A stretch of DNA of 63,803 bases, the filler included, from Intoshia linei (taxonomy: Eukaryota > Animalia > Orthonectida): NCBI GenBank assembly GCA_001642005.1. It is 7 parts of 7 records of this genome, joined end to end, with 100 filler letters (N's around TTAATTAATTAA, not from the genome) between each part and the next. Parts side by side here need not be neighbours in the genome. Positions count along the whole stretch, not along the records: positions 32,007 to 43,583 come from LWCA01001162.1; positions 43,684 to 52,314 come from LWCA01001439.1; 5 more parts are not named here. One strand, given 5' to 3'. The notes under the pieces were generated by a model, which was not told the origin of the DNA, did not search any database, and saw only the letters and a program-made list of their open reading frames with translations. Positions within the stretch are counted from its first letter, which is position 1. Each line of letters opens with the position of its first letter. The position numbers and the translations under genes were made by a program. Of the stretch, positions 38,713-52,414 are shown piece by piece.

Positions 38713-39739
38713 CGATAAATCATGCTATTTTGCTTATACAATTATTTTGTATTAAGTTATCGGGCAGATTTCACACACATCACTCTTCGAAATTATTTTT
38801 TTGCCATTTTTATGGACTAAAAATAATCACCATTTATAATAATCAAAAATAAAAGGCGGAGACTTTTAAAAATACTAATTTCTAATGCAATTTTTAGAGA
38901 GAGGTTTTATCGCAAATTTCATTTTCTGAAATTTAATTCAGGGTCACAAACTCAAATTAACCTTGTTTTAAAAAATAAAATGATAAAATAAATAACTCAT
39001 AATTTTTGATATACTGTATTTTAAAATGATGAAATTATCATAAATTTATATGTTCACAGCCAAAACCACAAATTAGCCATTATTTAAAAAAAATTTTGAA
39101 TTAACATTGTAAATGAAAATATTTATCCTACAATTTAAAAAAAAAAAAGGGAATTGACTGTATATATATTTGAAATACAGAAATGTGGTTTTCAGTCTCA
39201 TAAATCGATTCCTTATGTTTTTTTGTCATTGCTATGCAATTTTTCATTTTCAAAATGTATAAAATCAAATAAATTATAACTATTATTATCATTTTGAAAT
39301 TTATTTCAAATTTGGTAACATTCTTTAGTACGAAAAATGCTTTTAACTCACTGAATACATTAATTATCGATACCATATATTTTGAACGTATTGAAAGCGT
39401 ATAATGAATATATTTTATCATAAGATAAAAGAAAATACAAGTATTTACTGTTTCATTTTTTCTGGAATTCATGTTATTTATGACGATTTTTAGCGTTGCC
39501 ATTTTAGTTACAACTTTATTTATTTTTCCAATGGACTATAATTATAATTTCTAATGAAAATTGAAATATTATCACATTATTTTATTACTTTTATAATTCA
39601 ATATTAATTTTTACATCAAATATTATAATTTTATTAATTTACATTTATGTTAGTAAAGGAAACATTTTTGTGTATAATTTGGTAAATTTAATATAAATGT
39701 ACAAAAACTGAATTTTTTCATCACTAGATTCAGAATCAA

Positions 39740-41946
39740 TTAAAAATTGAAATTGAAGCTGTATCCTTCAGATTCAAATGGATTGAATCCTTGATTAAAC
39801 GGATTAAATCCTTGATTGAATCCATGACCGCCACCCTGTGACATTTCTGGGTCCAACGGATCGTGTCCACCGTCAAATTGATTTCGTAATTCTAAATAAT
39901 GAAATGATAAACTAACACAAACACAAATTAACAAAACTTAATTTTGTAAACAAAAAAATACAAAGTAGATCAATTTGCAAGAATTTAATAATAAAATAAA
40001 ATTACTCTTATCTGTCAATACGTGTTTTGCGTCTGCAATATCTATAAACTTCTTCTTAGCCGCTTCCTTCTCTTCGTCCTCTTTGAACCTATCAGGATGC
40101 CATTGTCTAGCTAATTTTCTATATGCTTTATTAATTTGTTCCTCGTCAGCATTTCTAAAAAGTACATTACAAAATCAAAAAATATTCAACCTATTGACTC
40201 CCAAAATTTTGTAGTAGTCTCGTTTAGATGCCATTTTTTGAGATCGTTGTAAATTTTTAATTTTTGCATCAAAGTTGAGAAAACTTGAATTAATTTCTTT
40301 AGCAGTACGATAGTCATTAATAGCATTATCATACTTGTCCAATTGTTCATATGCTTCAGCTCGATCGATAAGAGATTCAATATCATTTTTATCATTTTCA
40401 ATCAATTTAGAACACGTTTTAACAGCGTCAGCAGCATTTCCAGACTTTGCTTGACAATTACAGATTAAACGATTAATTTTAAATTTATATATAGAAGGAT
40501 GGGTAGAAAGTTTTTCTTTAATGACAATACATTTATCTAAACATATCTGCCATTTTTTTGATTCAATGCTATCAAGAATTTTTGAAAATTCTTTAGCCAT
40601 TTTTTTAATTTTCGAATAGTGTTTACGGCATGGTTTGTCTTCTTGATCCAAACGGATACAGTCACGAACACTATCCAATGACGCAACTGAATCTCCCAAT
40701 TGATATTGCATTAAACTCATTTTTAACAAAGTTTCGCGGTTGTCTGGTATTAAATTTACTAATGATTTTAAATCTTTGATAGCTATTGATTCTTGTCGTG
40801 TCGCAATCAAAGAATCTGCTCTCATATTTCTCATATGAATTGACCAGGGAGACTCCTACGTATTGAAATTATTTAGATTTCAAAATAATAATAATAATAA
40901 TTTCATTTACTTTTATTAGTTCATCTAAAATTGATATACAATGGAAGTATTCTTCTTCTTCGAAAAACATTGTTGCTTTTTCGAGGTTTAGGATATTTGA
41001 TTCAGAATTTTGTTTAATTTCATTGCATTGACTGTTACTCGGATCCACAGTACACTAAAATGAATTTTTTTTAATTTTAATTAAGTAAATACATAATATT
41101 CAAAAATTTTTATTACACAAATTATTTTAAAAAACTGCATGACTATGGACATGGATTCGACCACCATTAAATATACCAGGAAAAATACCACATACCATAC
41201 AAACTAAAATTTTGACTCTAAATTCATAGTATCATAATAATTTATCAAATTAGGCACAAATGTCCAAACAATGCCTAGGTTCGATACCCAACTGTCTTAA
41301 AATTTAAAAAAAAATTAACATATCATAAAAAAAGTACATAGATAATATCAGTAGGTTAATTGTTTCACCGAAAAAACTACAAAATGTTGAAAAAAATGAA
41401 TAAAAAACCACAAATTTAGAATCTTCAAAAGATGCTTCATAATTTCCTTTTTTAAATTGAATGTTTGCTCTTTGAATACGGGCCTAAATTGAAATAAATC
41501 ACACACACAAAAATAAAAACTTGGTAAAATTTAGGTAACTTTTCAATAACGTAATTTAAATCTTCAATGGCTCTGCCAAATAAAGATTGTGCATAAAAAA
41601 CGGTTGAGCGATGATATCTAATAATTGGATCAGCATCCATGGCTAAAGTAAAATTAAAAAAAATAAATCATGTGAAAATTAAAAATTACTTGCAGCTTTA
41701 TCAAACTTTTGTAAAGCTTCATTATATTTTCCTTGACTCAATAAGTTTTTTCCATATTTTAGTAAATTTTCAATTTCAGTGGATCGTGAAATAACTAAAA
41801 TGATGGAATAAAAACATTTTACAAACTTTTTATTTTTTAATCAAGAAAGAATAAATTCTTTATAAAAATTACAATACAAGAAAAAAAAAACCTTTAAATA
41901 TTAAAATAAAAGAGATTAACAATTGAGTATACTGATAAATGTGCAT
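39740..41946 (-). CDS. DNAJC3: DnaJ homolog subfamily C member 3 (p58IPK), 8 exons
   Basis: Signal-like first exon MHIYQYTQLLISFILIFK, TPR repeats, ESPWSIHMRNMRA, RDCIRLDQEDKPC, KRDYYKILGV, AYRKLARQWHPD, KKFIDIADAKHVLTD and FDGGHDPLDPE. Confidence 0.95.
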
Positions 41947-43888
41947 TTTTATGTGGTGGTAAAATTTTGTAGTAAAGAATGACGTATTTCACTAGTTTGT
42001 AGTAACATATTTACACATTTCCAATATTAAATAATTTCAACGTGTATTGAACTGATTGGTGAATTGATCTAAATTGTTTGCATGGTTGCTATAATAATTA
42101 AATCGATACTTTTTTCAAGAGTTTGTAACACATTAAAGTTTATTTTTATGTTTTACATTACTTCAATTTAAATATTGAATTTTATATTTTATTTGAATGA
42201 ACATTTTACTTTAAATTATTGCAACATTGGTCGCGTCTTTATAGTGTAATTTTTATTTCATTTTAATCAAATACAGAATCTGGAAACTTGCAATATTTTT
42301 TATATATGTTGGTTGTATAATGATGTATTATATACTACATTACAGATATGTTTGCTTATAATTTGGACATTGTATTTAAATTTAAGTACACAACTTATCC
42401 GTTCCTGCAACGTAAACGTAATTTGGATGTTTGATCGTGAAGATGGAAAAATCTGTGGGAATTTATCTTAACTTGGAACCTGAAAAGCTAATTAAGATTT
42501 GCATTATTTAAATTTCTGGACTCAGTTTCTTAAATTATTACAGACACAAATTTTTAAAAACTTTTACTTTATATAAGTAAGTATGCATCAAATTTAAAGT
42601 TATTGTTATTTACGATTTTACCTAAAAGTCAATCCATTTTTCATTACAATATGGGTTTAATTCGAAATCTATTTTTGGAAATATGTTTGTTACATTTTAA
42701 TTTATTATATTCGTCTTACAGAGCAAAAGTTAATTCAGTTTCAGATCTTATCAGTAAGGATAATTGCTTTACTATATTACTAGCTTGACGGTTATGTACT
42801 TTGTAAAAACAGTGGATAGTTCTTCCGAGGGCGTATGAAAGTTCTGAGGTTGAAATGTGCTGTTTGTTCCGTATAAGGTATTTTTTAGATTATTATTTTA
42901 GTTATAAGTTTTTTTGTTTAAAACATAAAAATCATAGTTCTTAAGAGGGCGCATGTAAGTTTCTAAGGTTGATATTTATGATGCTGCAAATAAATATAAA
43001 AAAAATTTCATAATTTGAGTTTTTATAAATTCTAGGCATTTTTTAAATAAATGGTTACACCGACAAACAAGTAAATTTTTAGTTATTTCTTGAAAGAATT
43101 TACGCTTTGATTATGATTTATTAATTTTAATGAATCAACGATTGACCCAATTTTAGTATTTTAATGTAATATGAATATTTTGTTTTCATCGATATCTATT
43201 AATTGTAGATTAATTTTTTGCAAATATTTTGTAGTCATTTACATTGTTAGATTAATGTTTGTTTCATGCAAATTACGTCGATTTTTATTTTTTTCAGTCT
43301 TTTTATTTTATTTATATACAATTTGCATTTTTTATTCCTACCAATGAACATTTAAAAATGTATTATTATAGTAAAATTTTGTGGGCTCCGTATAAGGTAT
43401 TTTTAAATTATTATTAATGTTTTTTAGTTTAAAAGATAAAAAATAACAATCAATTTTCGCTAGTTTACTTTACAATGTACATTAGGGTGTCACATCATTT
43501 TTAAATTTTGATATGTTTAAAGATGTAATATGTGGACTAGATGTATTTTTAAATGCAAACCAAGATGTAAAAGACCATTTTTGNNNNNNNNNNNNNNNNN
43601 NNNNNNNNNNNNNNNNNNNNNNNNNNNTTAATTAATTAANNNNNNNNNNNNNNNNNNNNNNNNNNNNNNNNNNNNNNNNNNNNTTTAAAAAGGTTTAAAA
43701 ATTTTCAGGTGGAATAAATTACAGACTTTGGAATTTTGTATTGGATATTTATGTTCTAAATTACATTTCTTTTGTTTAGTAAAATATACTTTTTCTAATT
43801 CAACAAAAAGTGTTAAAAGTGAACACTTTAATGTACATGTATATTGAATGCAATTATTTATGTATTGTTAAAAACATAGTATCTACAT

Positions 43889-44449
43889 TAGGGGTGTGAA
43901 CGAATTTTTATATAATAAGTATTTTTAATAAAAGTGCGACCTTTCACCATATGAGCATTTTGATAATATTCAATTTGCACCCAATCTTGTCTCTCAACTG
44001 TTAAAAAAACCCTGGGGCATCGCCTCTAAAGTTTTGAACAATATATTGCTCACAGTAACTAATATATGACAATTTTCTTAAAAATATTATTTTAAATATA
44101 AATTTTTTTATACAAATAGCTATAAAGATGCGCAAAATTATTGTCTAGCAAATCATGAACGCCGAATTAATAAAAAAACCGATTCAAATGAGAAAACTGA
44201 ATAAAGAAAAAAAAATATAAATTGAAAATTAATTCTTATTAAATTGAAAATTAATTATGGAAACAATTATTACTATGAAATTTACTATACAAAATAAATT
44301 AAATTTTCTAATTATTCATATTTTGAAGTGCTTTACCCAGGGTTTTTTAATCGTTTTTATATAATTTTTTAATAAATGTGTATCATTCAACCCCATCTTC
44401 CACGTATGGGGTGGCACTTTTGTATTTTCGCAAAAAATTCATACCCCTA
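43889..44449. mobile_element. hAT-type non-autonomous element (561 bp)
   Basis: TAGGGGTGTGAA...TTCATACCCCTA TIR; flanks ATCTACAT/ATCTACTA. Confidence 0.7.
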
Positions 44450-45221
44450 ATCTACTACATATTAAAATATATATTCAAATATCATAGTACATAAAACTGA
44501 TTGTATTGTATACAATTCTGATATGTTCTATTGACAGATTTGTAAAGAATGTATTGTTTCAAAAAAAAATAAAAAATCCAGTTATCAGTTGTATTGAGTT
44601 TTATCTAATATTACTCTGTAATCAAGAGTTTATTTATATTTCAATACTTTTATCCAATAAATACAATGAAATTTCAATTAAAATATTGTTTATTTTTATC
44701 ACAGTAAATATTTAATTTATGCAGATGATTTACATTTCAGTGTATTGTTAACCTATGTAAACTTTGCAGTCAACTCACTTTTGAAATTAATTACTTTGGT
44801 TGTTTTATTACCGCAATTTTTAAAAAAAATTTGTTTGAATACGGAAGTTTAATTTTTGATTTTTACGTCTAAACAATGACTTTCTCTACTAATATAATTT
44901 AGAATAACGTTGTTTCATTAAAGGTACATTCACTTGGATTAAGAACGACTACCATATTTACAATCTGTTAATAACACATTATTGATTGAAATTTTAAAAA
45001 TTTAGTGATTTATAAAAATTTTTGACCCCTTCAAAACACATCTGTACTATTGACTAAATACATAAAAATGAGATGACAAGATTAAAGCTGTTCTTACACT
45101 GTAGGACCTTGAAATGATGAATTTGTTATATACAATTAAATACAGCCTTTACAAAGATTTAATATAACAGATAAAAAATTTATAGGTGGTGGAAGATAAG
45201 TTGGACTTAGAGTTAAAAATT

Positions 45222-46350
45222 TTATAAATTTCCACAAGCTCCTTCCAGTCGTATTTTAGCTATTTTCAAAGTACCGTGATAATGTACAAACGCTGCTGCA
45301 ATAACAAAGACATGAAAAATTTGGTGACTTTGGAACCAAATATCAAATTTTCCAGGGTACATCCGTTCAGGAAAACGCAGAGCATAAATAACGGCACCGA
45401 AAATATAAAGAAAAGCCATAAGTAAAAGCCAACCCATAGAAGCTTCATTGAATAGTTTCCAAAACCCATCAGTGATAACATAATGTACAGCTGGAATAAT
45501 ACCGCTGAGTCCAAGTCCAATAAAGACACCTAAATAAAAAATGAATAAACTATAAAATCAAAATAACCCGCTCTAATAGGTCTATAAGAAGAAGAAGCAA
45601 AAGTATCATGCATTGAAACAATAATACAGCAAATTCCAAGAATGACAATTAATATACTGTAGATAATTTTAGGAGCTAAAGTGCAGTAAAATGTATAATA
45701 TAGCCACGGAACAAATGACCCCATAGTCAGTAGAGCGATTCCGCAGTAGTCTAATTTATTGAAAAATTTAGCAACTTTTTCAGAATGACAAAAGACAGTG
45801 TGGAAAATGAAGGAAAAGCCAAGACACAAAATAGCCCCAGCGAAAAAAGCAGAAAATACTGCTTTTTCTTGAAAAGCAAATTCGATATCTGGTCGAGTTA
45901 ATACGTATATTGTAATTCCAATAAACGCCATGCAGCCTAGCATGTGAGTCCAAATATTGCCAGTTTCAGAATGTATACGGAATACTGTTTTAAAGCAGGA
46001 CGAAAAAGACTTTAACTCGGGCCTGTGTCCAAAATGCAAAAAGTCATTATCTCCCAACCAAATAGGTAGATTTTCACGTCGTACCATCACTATACTAAAT
46101 TTTTGTAGTAAATTTAACCAAAAGTTACCTGTCTCGTAAAACGCGATTTACCAATTCTTCTGCTTGTTCGACTGCAGGAGTAAAATAATTTGCAGATATC
46201 TGACTACTATTGCTTTCACTTCTGACATGTGACTATAATAAATATGACTATATTCCTAGACAATATTACCATTCTATGTTTAAGTTCATTCGATTGCATA
46301 TCGTCAAAATTATCTATAGAGGTGGGAGCAATCGATGGTATAGGTTTCAT
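45222..46350 (-). CDS. ADIPOR: Adiponectin receptor-type PAQR protein (paralog 1, complete, 4 exons)
   Basis: LPIWLGDNDFLHFGHRP, HSETGNIWTH, FHTVFCHSEKV, KLDYCGIALL, RFPERMYPGKFDIWFQSHQIFH. ATG at 46350. Confidence 0.95.
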
Positions 46351-46547
46351 TTTTCGTCAATATTTCACTGAAATGTAAAAACAAATTCAATATGTATCGT
46401 GTTGTTATAGTATTTTAGCAAAATTTTCTCTAAATTTATTATTTTTCTGTGTCAAATTCCAAGTTTAAAGCTTATTACTCGTTTCACATTATGTAAAAAG
46501 TATGAAACATTTACTATACAAATTTACACATGTAATGTTTATTTAAG

Positions 46548-47113
46548 TTAACAAATTTCAGTTGTACGTAAACGTGCGAGTTTGTTGGTTCCATAAAAAT
46601 GAACTAAAGCTGCCAAAACTACAAGTATGTGAAATATTTGGTGACTTTGAAACTACGTATACGATAAGTCACAATAATATTTAAACCAAATTTACCCATA
46701 TACTACAATATGTTGGAAAATATCTTTCAGGGATTCGTAAGGCGTATATCACAGCCCCAGAAATGTATAATACGGCCATGATAATGAGAAATTTACTAGT
46801 ATTGTCGCCAAAATCAAATGAACCTACATTTAAATAGTTGTGAAAGTACGGTATTACGCCAATCAGTCCAAAAATTACAAATGCACCTAAATTGAGTTGT
46901 ATAATTTTATTTACTGTTTATAAACTTGCTCTAAGCTTTCGATACTTTGCATGAAGGTATTTTTTATGACTACATAAAATTGCACAAAGTATGCCAGTTG
47001 TTGAGGTACAGGAAATGTATATAATTTTCGTCATCAAATTGCAATAAAACGCATAAAATACCCATTGCACGAATGAAGTAGAAACTAAAAGGCAAATCCC
47101 AATATGATCCAGT
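46548..47113 (-). CDS. Second, divergent AdipoR-type PAQR paralog (3' three exons; 5' half not found)
   Basis: Exon 47113-46926 reads LDHIGICLLVSTSFVQWVFYAFYC...YRKLRA. Exon 46886-46696 reads AFVIFGLIGVIP...LYISGAVIYALRIPERYFPTYCSIW. Exon 46652-46548 reads FQSHQIFHILVVLAALVHFYG...C*. Frame and GT-AG sites are intact. Confidence 0.88.
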
Positions 47114-47399
47114 CTACCAAATAAAATAATTATAAAATAATATTTTATGTTCCACTAGTTTACTGTGATGTACTACGTACAAACAGCAATAATCATTATC
47201 ATACATGGTACTTTAAAAAAGCTAAGTTTCACGTTCAAAAACGCAGAATTATTATCTTTCATTTAGAATCAATTTGTATAAGTATAAGTATTGATGAAAA
47301 GTTAATGGTCATTTAAAAAAATTAAATATGTCTCTAATAATGAAATCGCCATCTTCCCGTATCATATAAAATTCATGTAACACGGTAATCCGTGTTTTA

Positions 47400-47730
47400 C
47401 CATCCGATTTTACCAAATATTTTGAAAAAAAAACATTTAATCGAATCCCAAAATAAAAATCCAGTTTTACTTCTCCTTAAAGGAAAATCCCGTTTTTCAA
47501 TATTTTTTTGAAAAACCCGCTTAATCAAAACCCAAAATAAAAATAAAATTTTACAAAAACTTAGGGGATAAGGGAAAACGCCCCTTTTTCCTATGTTTTT
47601 TGAAATCTCGATTTTATCAAATTTTATGAGAAAAAACATCTTACACCAATCCCAAAATAAAAATCCAATTTTACCAACCCCTAAGTGAGCAATCCACTTT
47701 TATCTATATTTTTTAAAAAAATCTAATTTA
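47400..47730. repeat. ~115-120-bp satellite-like units (opposite orientation to 7590-8060)
   Basis: Repeats of cccaaaataaaaat..attttac...ttaagg...tttttgaaa..ccgatttta. Confidence 0.6.
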
Positions 47731-48281
47731 ACCAAGCACTTTAAGCATTGCCGAATATAACGTACCGAGCCTCTTTCCGGGATACAGTGTGGCGAAATTT
47801 TTGTCAAATTTGTGCCTTTCGTTCAAAAATCGAAAAATATGACTAAATAATTAATGGAAATATTCGACTAAAATCAAAGATATAATTAAAATGTAATATT
47901 TGGACCTCAGTCTAAGCCTTAGACTCTAAGGTAGATTGTTGAATTTGACTCTAATTCTTAATTTAAATTCTTGATAATTAAAAAATTATTGACACAAGCA
48001 TAAAATTATGGCTTATAATGTAAATATTATTTTTAATTCCTATCCACTAAAATGTCGTTTTCAATTTAATTTACTATTTTTATGTTAATTTAAATGTCAT
48101 TGCCATAAAATCTATACAAATAATAATAAATACATTATAAATGCTGTGATAAGATAATCTTATTTTCTGGCAACTCGGGTCCGCCGTGAAAAAAGTGATA
48201 ACCCCTGGAATAGCCATACTCAATGTAGCTTATTACAGTGATGGCTACCACATTAAATGTGGTGTTATAAATTATAGCTTA

Positions 48282-49578
48282 TCCTTACTTACATAATTAT
48301 ATTTATTTGCCTCTGTGTATGCTATCGTTTATTTCAATAACTACCCGTCTTAGAATATTAATTTTATATACATTTCTATTACAGTTCTTTTGGGGTGTGT
48401 TAATAAGATAAAATCTTACATCTTACGGGTAAAAAAGCTCAATTATCATTTTTTTTGAAAATCAAACGAGGTCGAGAATTTAAAAAAATATACACTTTAA
48501 TACGGATTTTAAAATGATAAATTTAAATTTAAAAAATACATCTCCAGGGACAAAGCCCAAAATTACCTTTTTTAAATGAAAACAGCTTTAGAATTTAAAA
48601 AAAATTACAGGTGGTACAGTTGTATCCTGTAAACACCCACAAAAAATTTCAACCTGATTAAGTGACGCTTTCACGGTCAAAAAAGCACTTTAATATTTAT
48701 TTTTTTTATTTCAAAACTATTTTATGAAAACAAAAAATGTGAAATAATTAACGGTCCAAAAATTAAAAAAAAGAAGATTATTCTGATAGAGCTTATTCCA
48801 GTTGATATAAATACAAAATTTCAACTCCAGAAATCTACGTATTCCCGCTGAAAAATAATTTTTAATATATTTTCGACCATTATTTTTCAAATATTTTGAT
48901 TAACATTGTAAAATAAAAATTGAAAATGTAAATATTGATCCTACAATTTTAAAAAAAATTTGTATTAAACATAAACACATTTCCAATAAAGAAATATCAG
49001 TCAAAATCTATATTATTTATTCCTTCGGAATTTTTTTCATTGCTACGCAATTTTTAAATTATCATTTTTATATATATTACTTTGTTTTTACTTACTGTTA
49101 TTTACTACTTACTACATAATACTTATTACTATATATATGCTTTGCAATATTGGTATTTTTAAGTATTTATTCAATTGGTACTGAATATATTTATCACACT
49201 AAAAATGACAAAATATGTTTTTATAATTTGATATTTTCTAAAATTTATGCTATTTATGACAATTTTTAGGATTTTACTGTTTTTACTTTATTTTTAAGAT
49301 TATACAACACATTTTAAAATTTTTTACAAAAATGTTAACTAAATAAACTTAACGTGGAATAACTCACTTTAATAATAATAATAATAAAGTAAAAAGTAAT
49401 GTGATATGATGGTTCGGTTTGAAACAAGTATGGGAACCACTTTTTTAAAGGATAGATAATTGAATAGTAGGATTTTTAAGTTTGATTTTCAACATGAATT
49501 TATTTGTTTGGTAGAACAAAAATGTGGCCTCGGCAAAGCTAGGTGCGATTTGTAAGTAGTACATAACAGTCAACCTAG
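48282..49578 (+). mobile_element. Apparently full-length non-autonomous Helitron (family A)
   Basis: 5' a|TCCTTACTTAC, 3' TTTGTAAGTAGTACA (imperfect hairpin)-TAACAGTCAAC-CTAG|t. It lies between A and T with no TSD. Related 3' ends occur on the minus strand at 42780, 47155 and 56928. Confidence 0.7.
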
Positions 49579-50699
49579 TAATTTACAAATACAAGTGTGT
49601 ATTTTTAACACAAAACAGATTTTGTCATCACTTATACAGTGGTACGCAAACTACGGCACTTTAAAAGAACTTTGATTAAAATTTGCATATTATAACTATT
49701 ATAAAAATAATATTCAACAATTTTGTATAATTTTAACTAAAAAAAATTAATCTTTATTTTTTATTATTATTGTTAATGGTAAATAAAATGATTCAAACTA
49801 CTGCATGGTTTGTAGCATTTATTTAATTAAATCTACAAAATCAAAAAATCAAAATTATCCTACAAATGTGCTTTTTCAATGGATGTAAACAGATTACATT
49901 TAAACGTTAATTCATTAATTATGCTTGATGTAGACATAAACCATTTCGGTGAAATAAATTTTATCAGTACTTTTAAATTCTCTTTCATACAAGATAAGAT
50001 TAGTGAAGAAAGATTTTGATTTCCACAAATTTATTCTATTTCAGGTGTACTGCAGGTAACTGTTTTATAATTTTTTTTATTTTTTTTTAGATAAGATTTA
50101 AATTATATATTTAACAATATGACAGTCATAGCTAGATAAACACTAAAAAAACAAAGCTGATATATCTATTTATTCATTATATTACCTTATTTTTGTTACC
50201 CGTATATCGGGTACCTGATGTACACCAATAAAAAAATAATATACATAATGATGCCAAGAAAAAACTACATACACATGTATAATATAATATACATGTATAT
50301 ATGAAATATGAAGATTTTTCAAAGTCGATTTTTGTTGACTAGTGTAATTGTATATTTTTAATTAGATTAAACTAAATGAAATGATATAAATATTAAATTT
50401 TTTGGTTGGTTTTATCAATAGTTGAACAAAAAAATTATTTTTATGACATTGTTCGCCCTAGTAATATGGAAGCATTTTATGATTCACTATTGTTTTTATT
50501 CTACTTCTCGTCATTATTAATTATTTCGAATTTTGATTTGAGATTCACATACAAAAGTTATTTATCACAGTATAATTAATAATTTAATTATTTTTTCTAG
50601 TTTAACGACGATTATCCTATATTAAACTACATTATCATTTGAAGATAGAATTTACGTTTTATAATGAGTTCATGTTTAAAAATTTAAAGAAACTATCAA

Positions 50700-51310
50700 A
50701 AAGACGTAGCATTGAGAAAGGAATGGACGAACAAATATTTATTTATTTAATTGAATAACAAGCCTGTTTTTTTTATTATGTCCATTTGTTTGTGCTGTGT
50801 TTAAGGAATATAACATTAAGCGACCATACACCCAACTTTGATAATAATTTATCTCAAATGGAATTAATCACTCAAGTCAATGAACTAGTTAAAAAATTTA
50901 ATTTGAAAAATATGGATTTTCGAAATGTAAATGAACAATATGCTGTCACTGAGGCTAATTATATTGTAGCTTACAATATTGCCAAAAATAACAAACCATT
51001 TTCTGATGATGAATTCGTTATACACTGTATTCTCGATGTGGTGAATATTGTGTGTCCAAAATTTGGACTCCAAATCAAAGACGCATAATTGAGAGCATAT
51101 CTCTTTAAAGGAGAATCGAAAATTTATCATATATTTTAAATTTTAAAATATCAATTATTAATTAAAATGGAATCTTTTGAGAGGTATTCAATTGCTCTTG
51201 ATGAAAGTACTGATATTCAAGACACTGCTCAGTTAATTATATTTATTCGGGTGTATTTAAACAATTTAATATAACTGAAGAAATGTTAGGTTTAGAATCT
51301 ATAAAAAATA
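50700..51310 (+). pseudogene. hAT (Buster/SPIN, GTF2IRD2-like) transposase remnant
   Basis: EANYIVAYNIAKNNKPFSDDEFV..CILDVVNIVCP; YSIALDESTDIQDTAQLIIFIRV; NITEEMLGLESIK. Frameshifted. Confidence 0.88.
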
Positions 51311-51497
51311 CGTACAATTTTGAAATTTAATAATAAACACCATTAATAATTGAAATGCACTCCAAAAATAATAATTGTTAATTATTCAAATCGAATTTTG
51401 ACACTTTAATTATATTTAAAATATAATTTTTATATTCAAAAAAAGTAATCAAATTTACTAGCCAAAATAGAATTTCATCAATTTAAATTGTTTCATG

Positions 51498-52314
51498 CAG
51501 AGGTGGAAACCGATTGATAAAAACCGGTTTTTAAAGCGGTTTTCAGTTAATCGTTTCAATCAACCAACCACCGTTCAAATTGAAAAATGGTTTTTTGCGG
51601 TTTTCAATTCGGTTTTTAAAAAATATAAATTTTAAATTATTTAATTTTATGATATTTTTCTATTATTGATACATTGCTTTTTTGAATTTGTTCATACATT
51701 TGTAATTATTCATATTTACAAAATTGAAATGGTGTTATTCGACGAATTTGAAAAAGATTGTGAAAAAGAGTTTATCAAGAAATACTTTGAAATTGATAAA
51801 ATAAAGAAAATACGATAATGTAGAATAAAAGCTCCAAATTGTCTAGATATCTGTAACATTAAAATTTCAACACTACACCTCAACAATGCTAGGGTTCATT
51901 TAAAATCTAATTTACATAATGAACAATTTGAAAAAGACCTTATGGAATATATTAAAATAAAAAAATTGAGTATTGTTACTTTAGATAAATCTTTCAAAAA
52001 AAAATATTCCCTCCTATGTGTGAACAGTCAAGGCTAAAATCGAAAATTATTATTACCATTTCTGAACATGATGTTGTGCAGTCTCTTATATCAATTTTTG
52101 TTGATGGTGCGGGTCCATTTGCATTGTATGAAAACAGGATTTTTAAAATTGATCAAACCATATTTAACCGAGTTTAATATATCTAACAATAAAAAAATTT
52201 TAAAGGATCTTATACATAATGAAGCGAAAAGGGAAAGGGAAATTTTAATTATGTCTTAACAAATCGATTAGTGTCTTTAAAATTGAAGCTAATTTCATTC
52301 ATTCGTCGGTTTTA
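51498..52314 (+). mobile_element. hAT element 5' end with degraded BED-finger transposase
   Basis: End CAGAGGTGGAAACCG with AAACCG-type subterminal repeats. Fragments SRKYFE...C..HLK..H and DG.GPF.L.E...F.KLIKP. Confidence 0.5.
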
Positions 52315-52414
52315 NNNNNNNNNNNNNNNNNNNNNNNNNNNNNNNNNNNNNNNNNNNNTTAATTAATTAANNNNNNNNNNNNNNNNNNNNNNNNNNNNNN
52401 NNNNNNNNNNNNNN

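Noticed and set aside
39128-39502. 124-aa minus-strand ORF
   Set aside because: I/K/F/N-rich composition typical of chance ORFs in AT-rich DNA.
41150-41300. B-box-like GGTTCGATACCC in a DNAJC3 intron (tRNA or SINE?)
   Set aside because: No cloverleaf or A-box could be formed.
42190-42475. Possible small spliced gene divergent from DNAJC3
   Set aside because: No clear start, an early stop and no homology recognised.
47397-47639. 80-aa ORF with internal repeats
   Set aside because: It is a translation of the satellite units.
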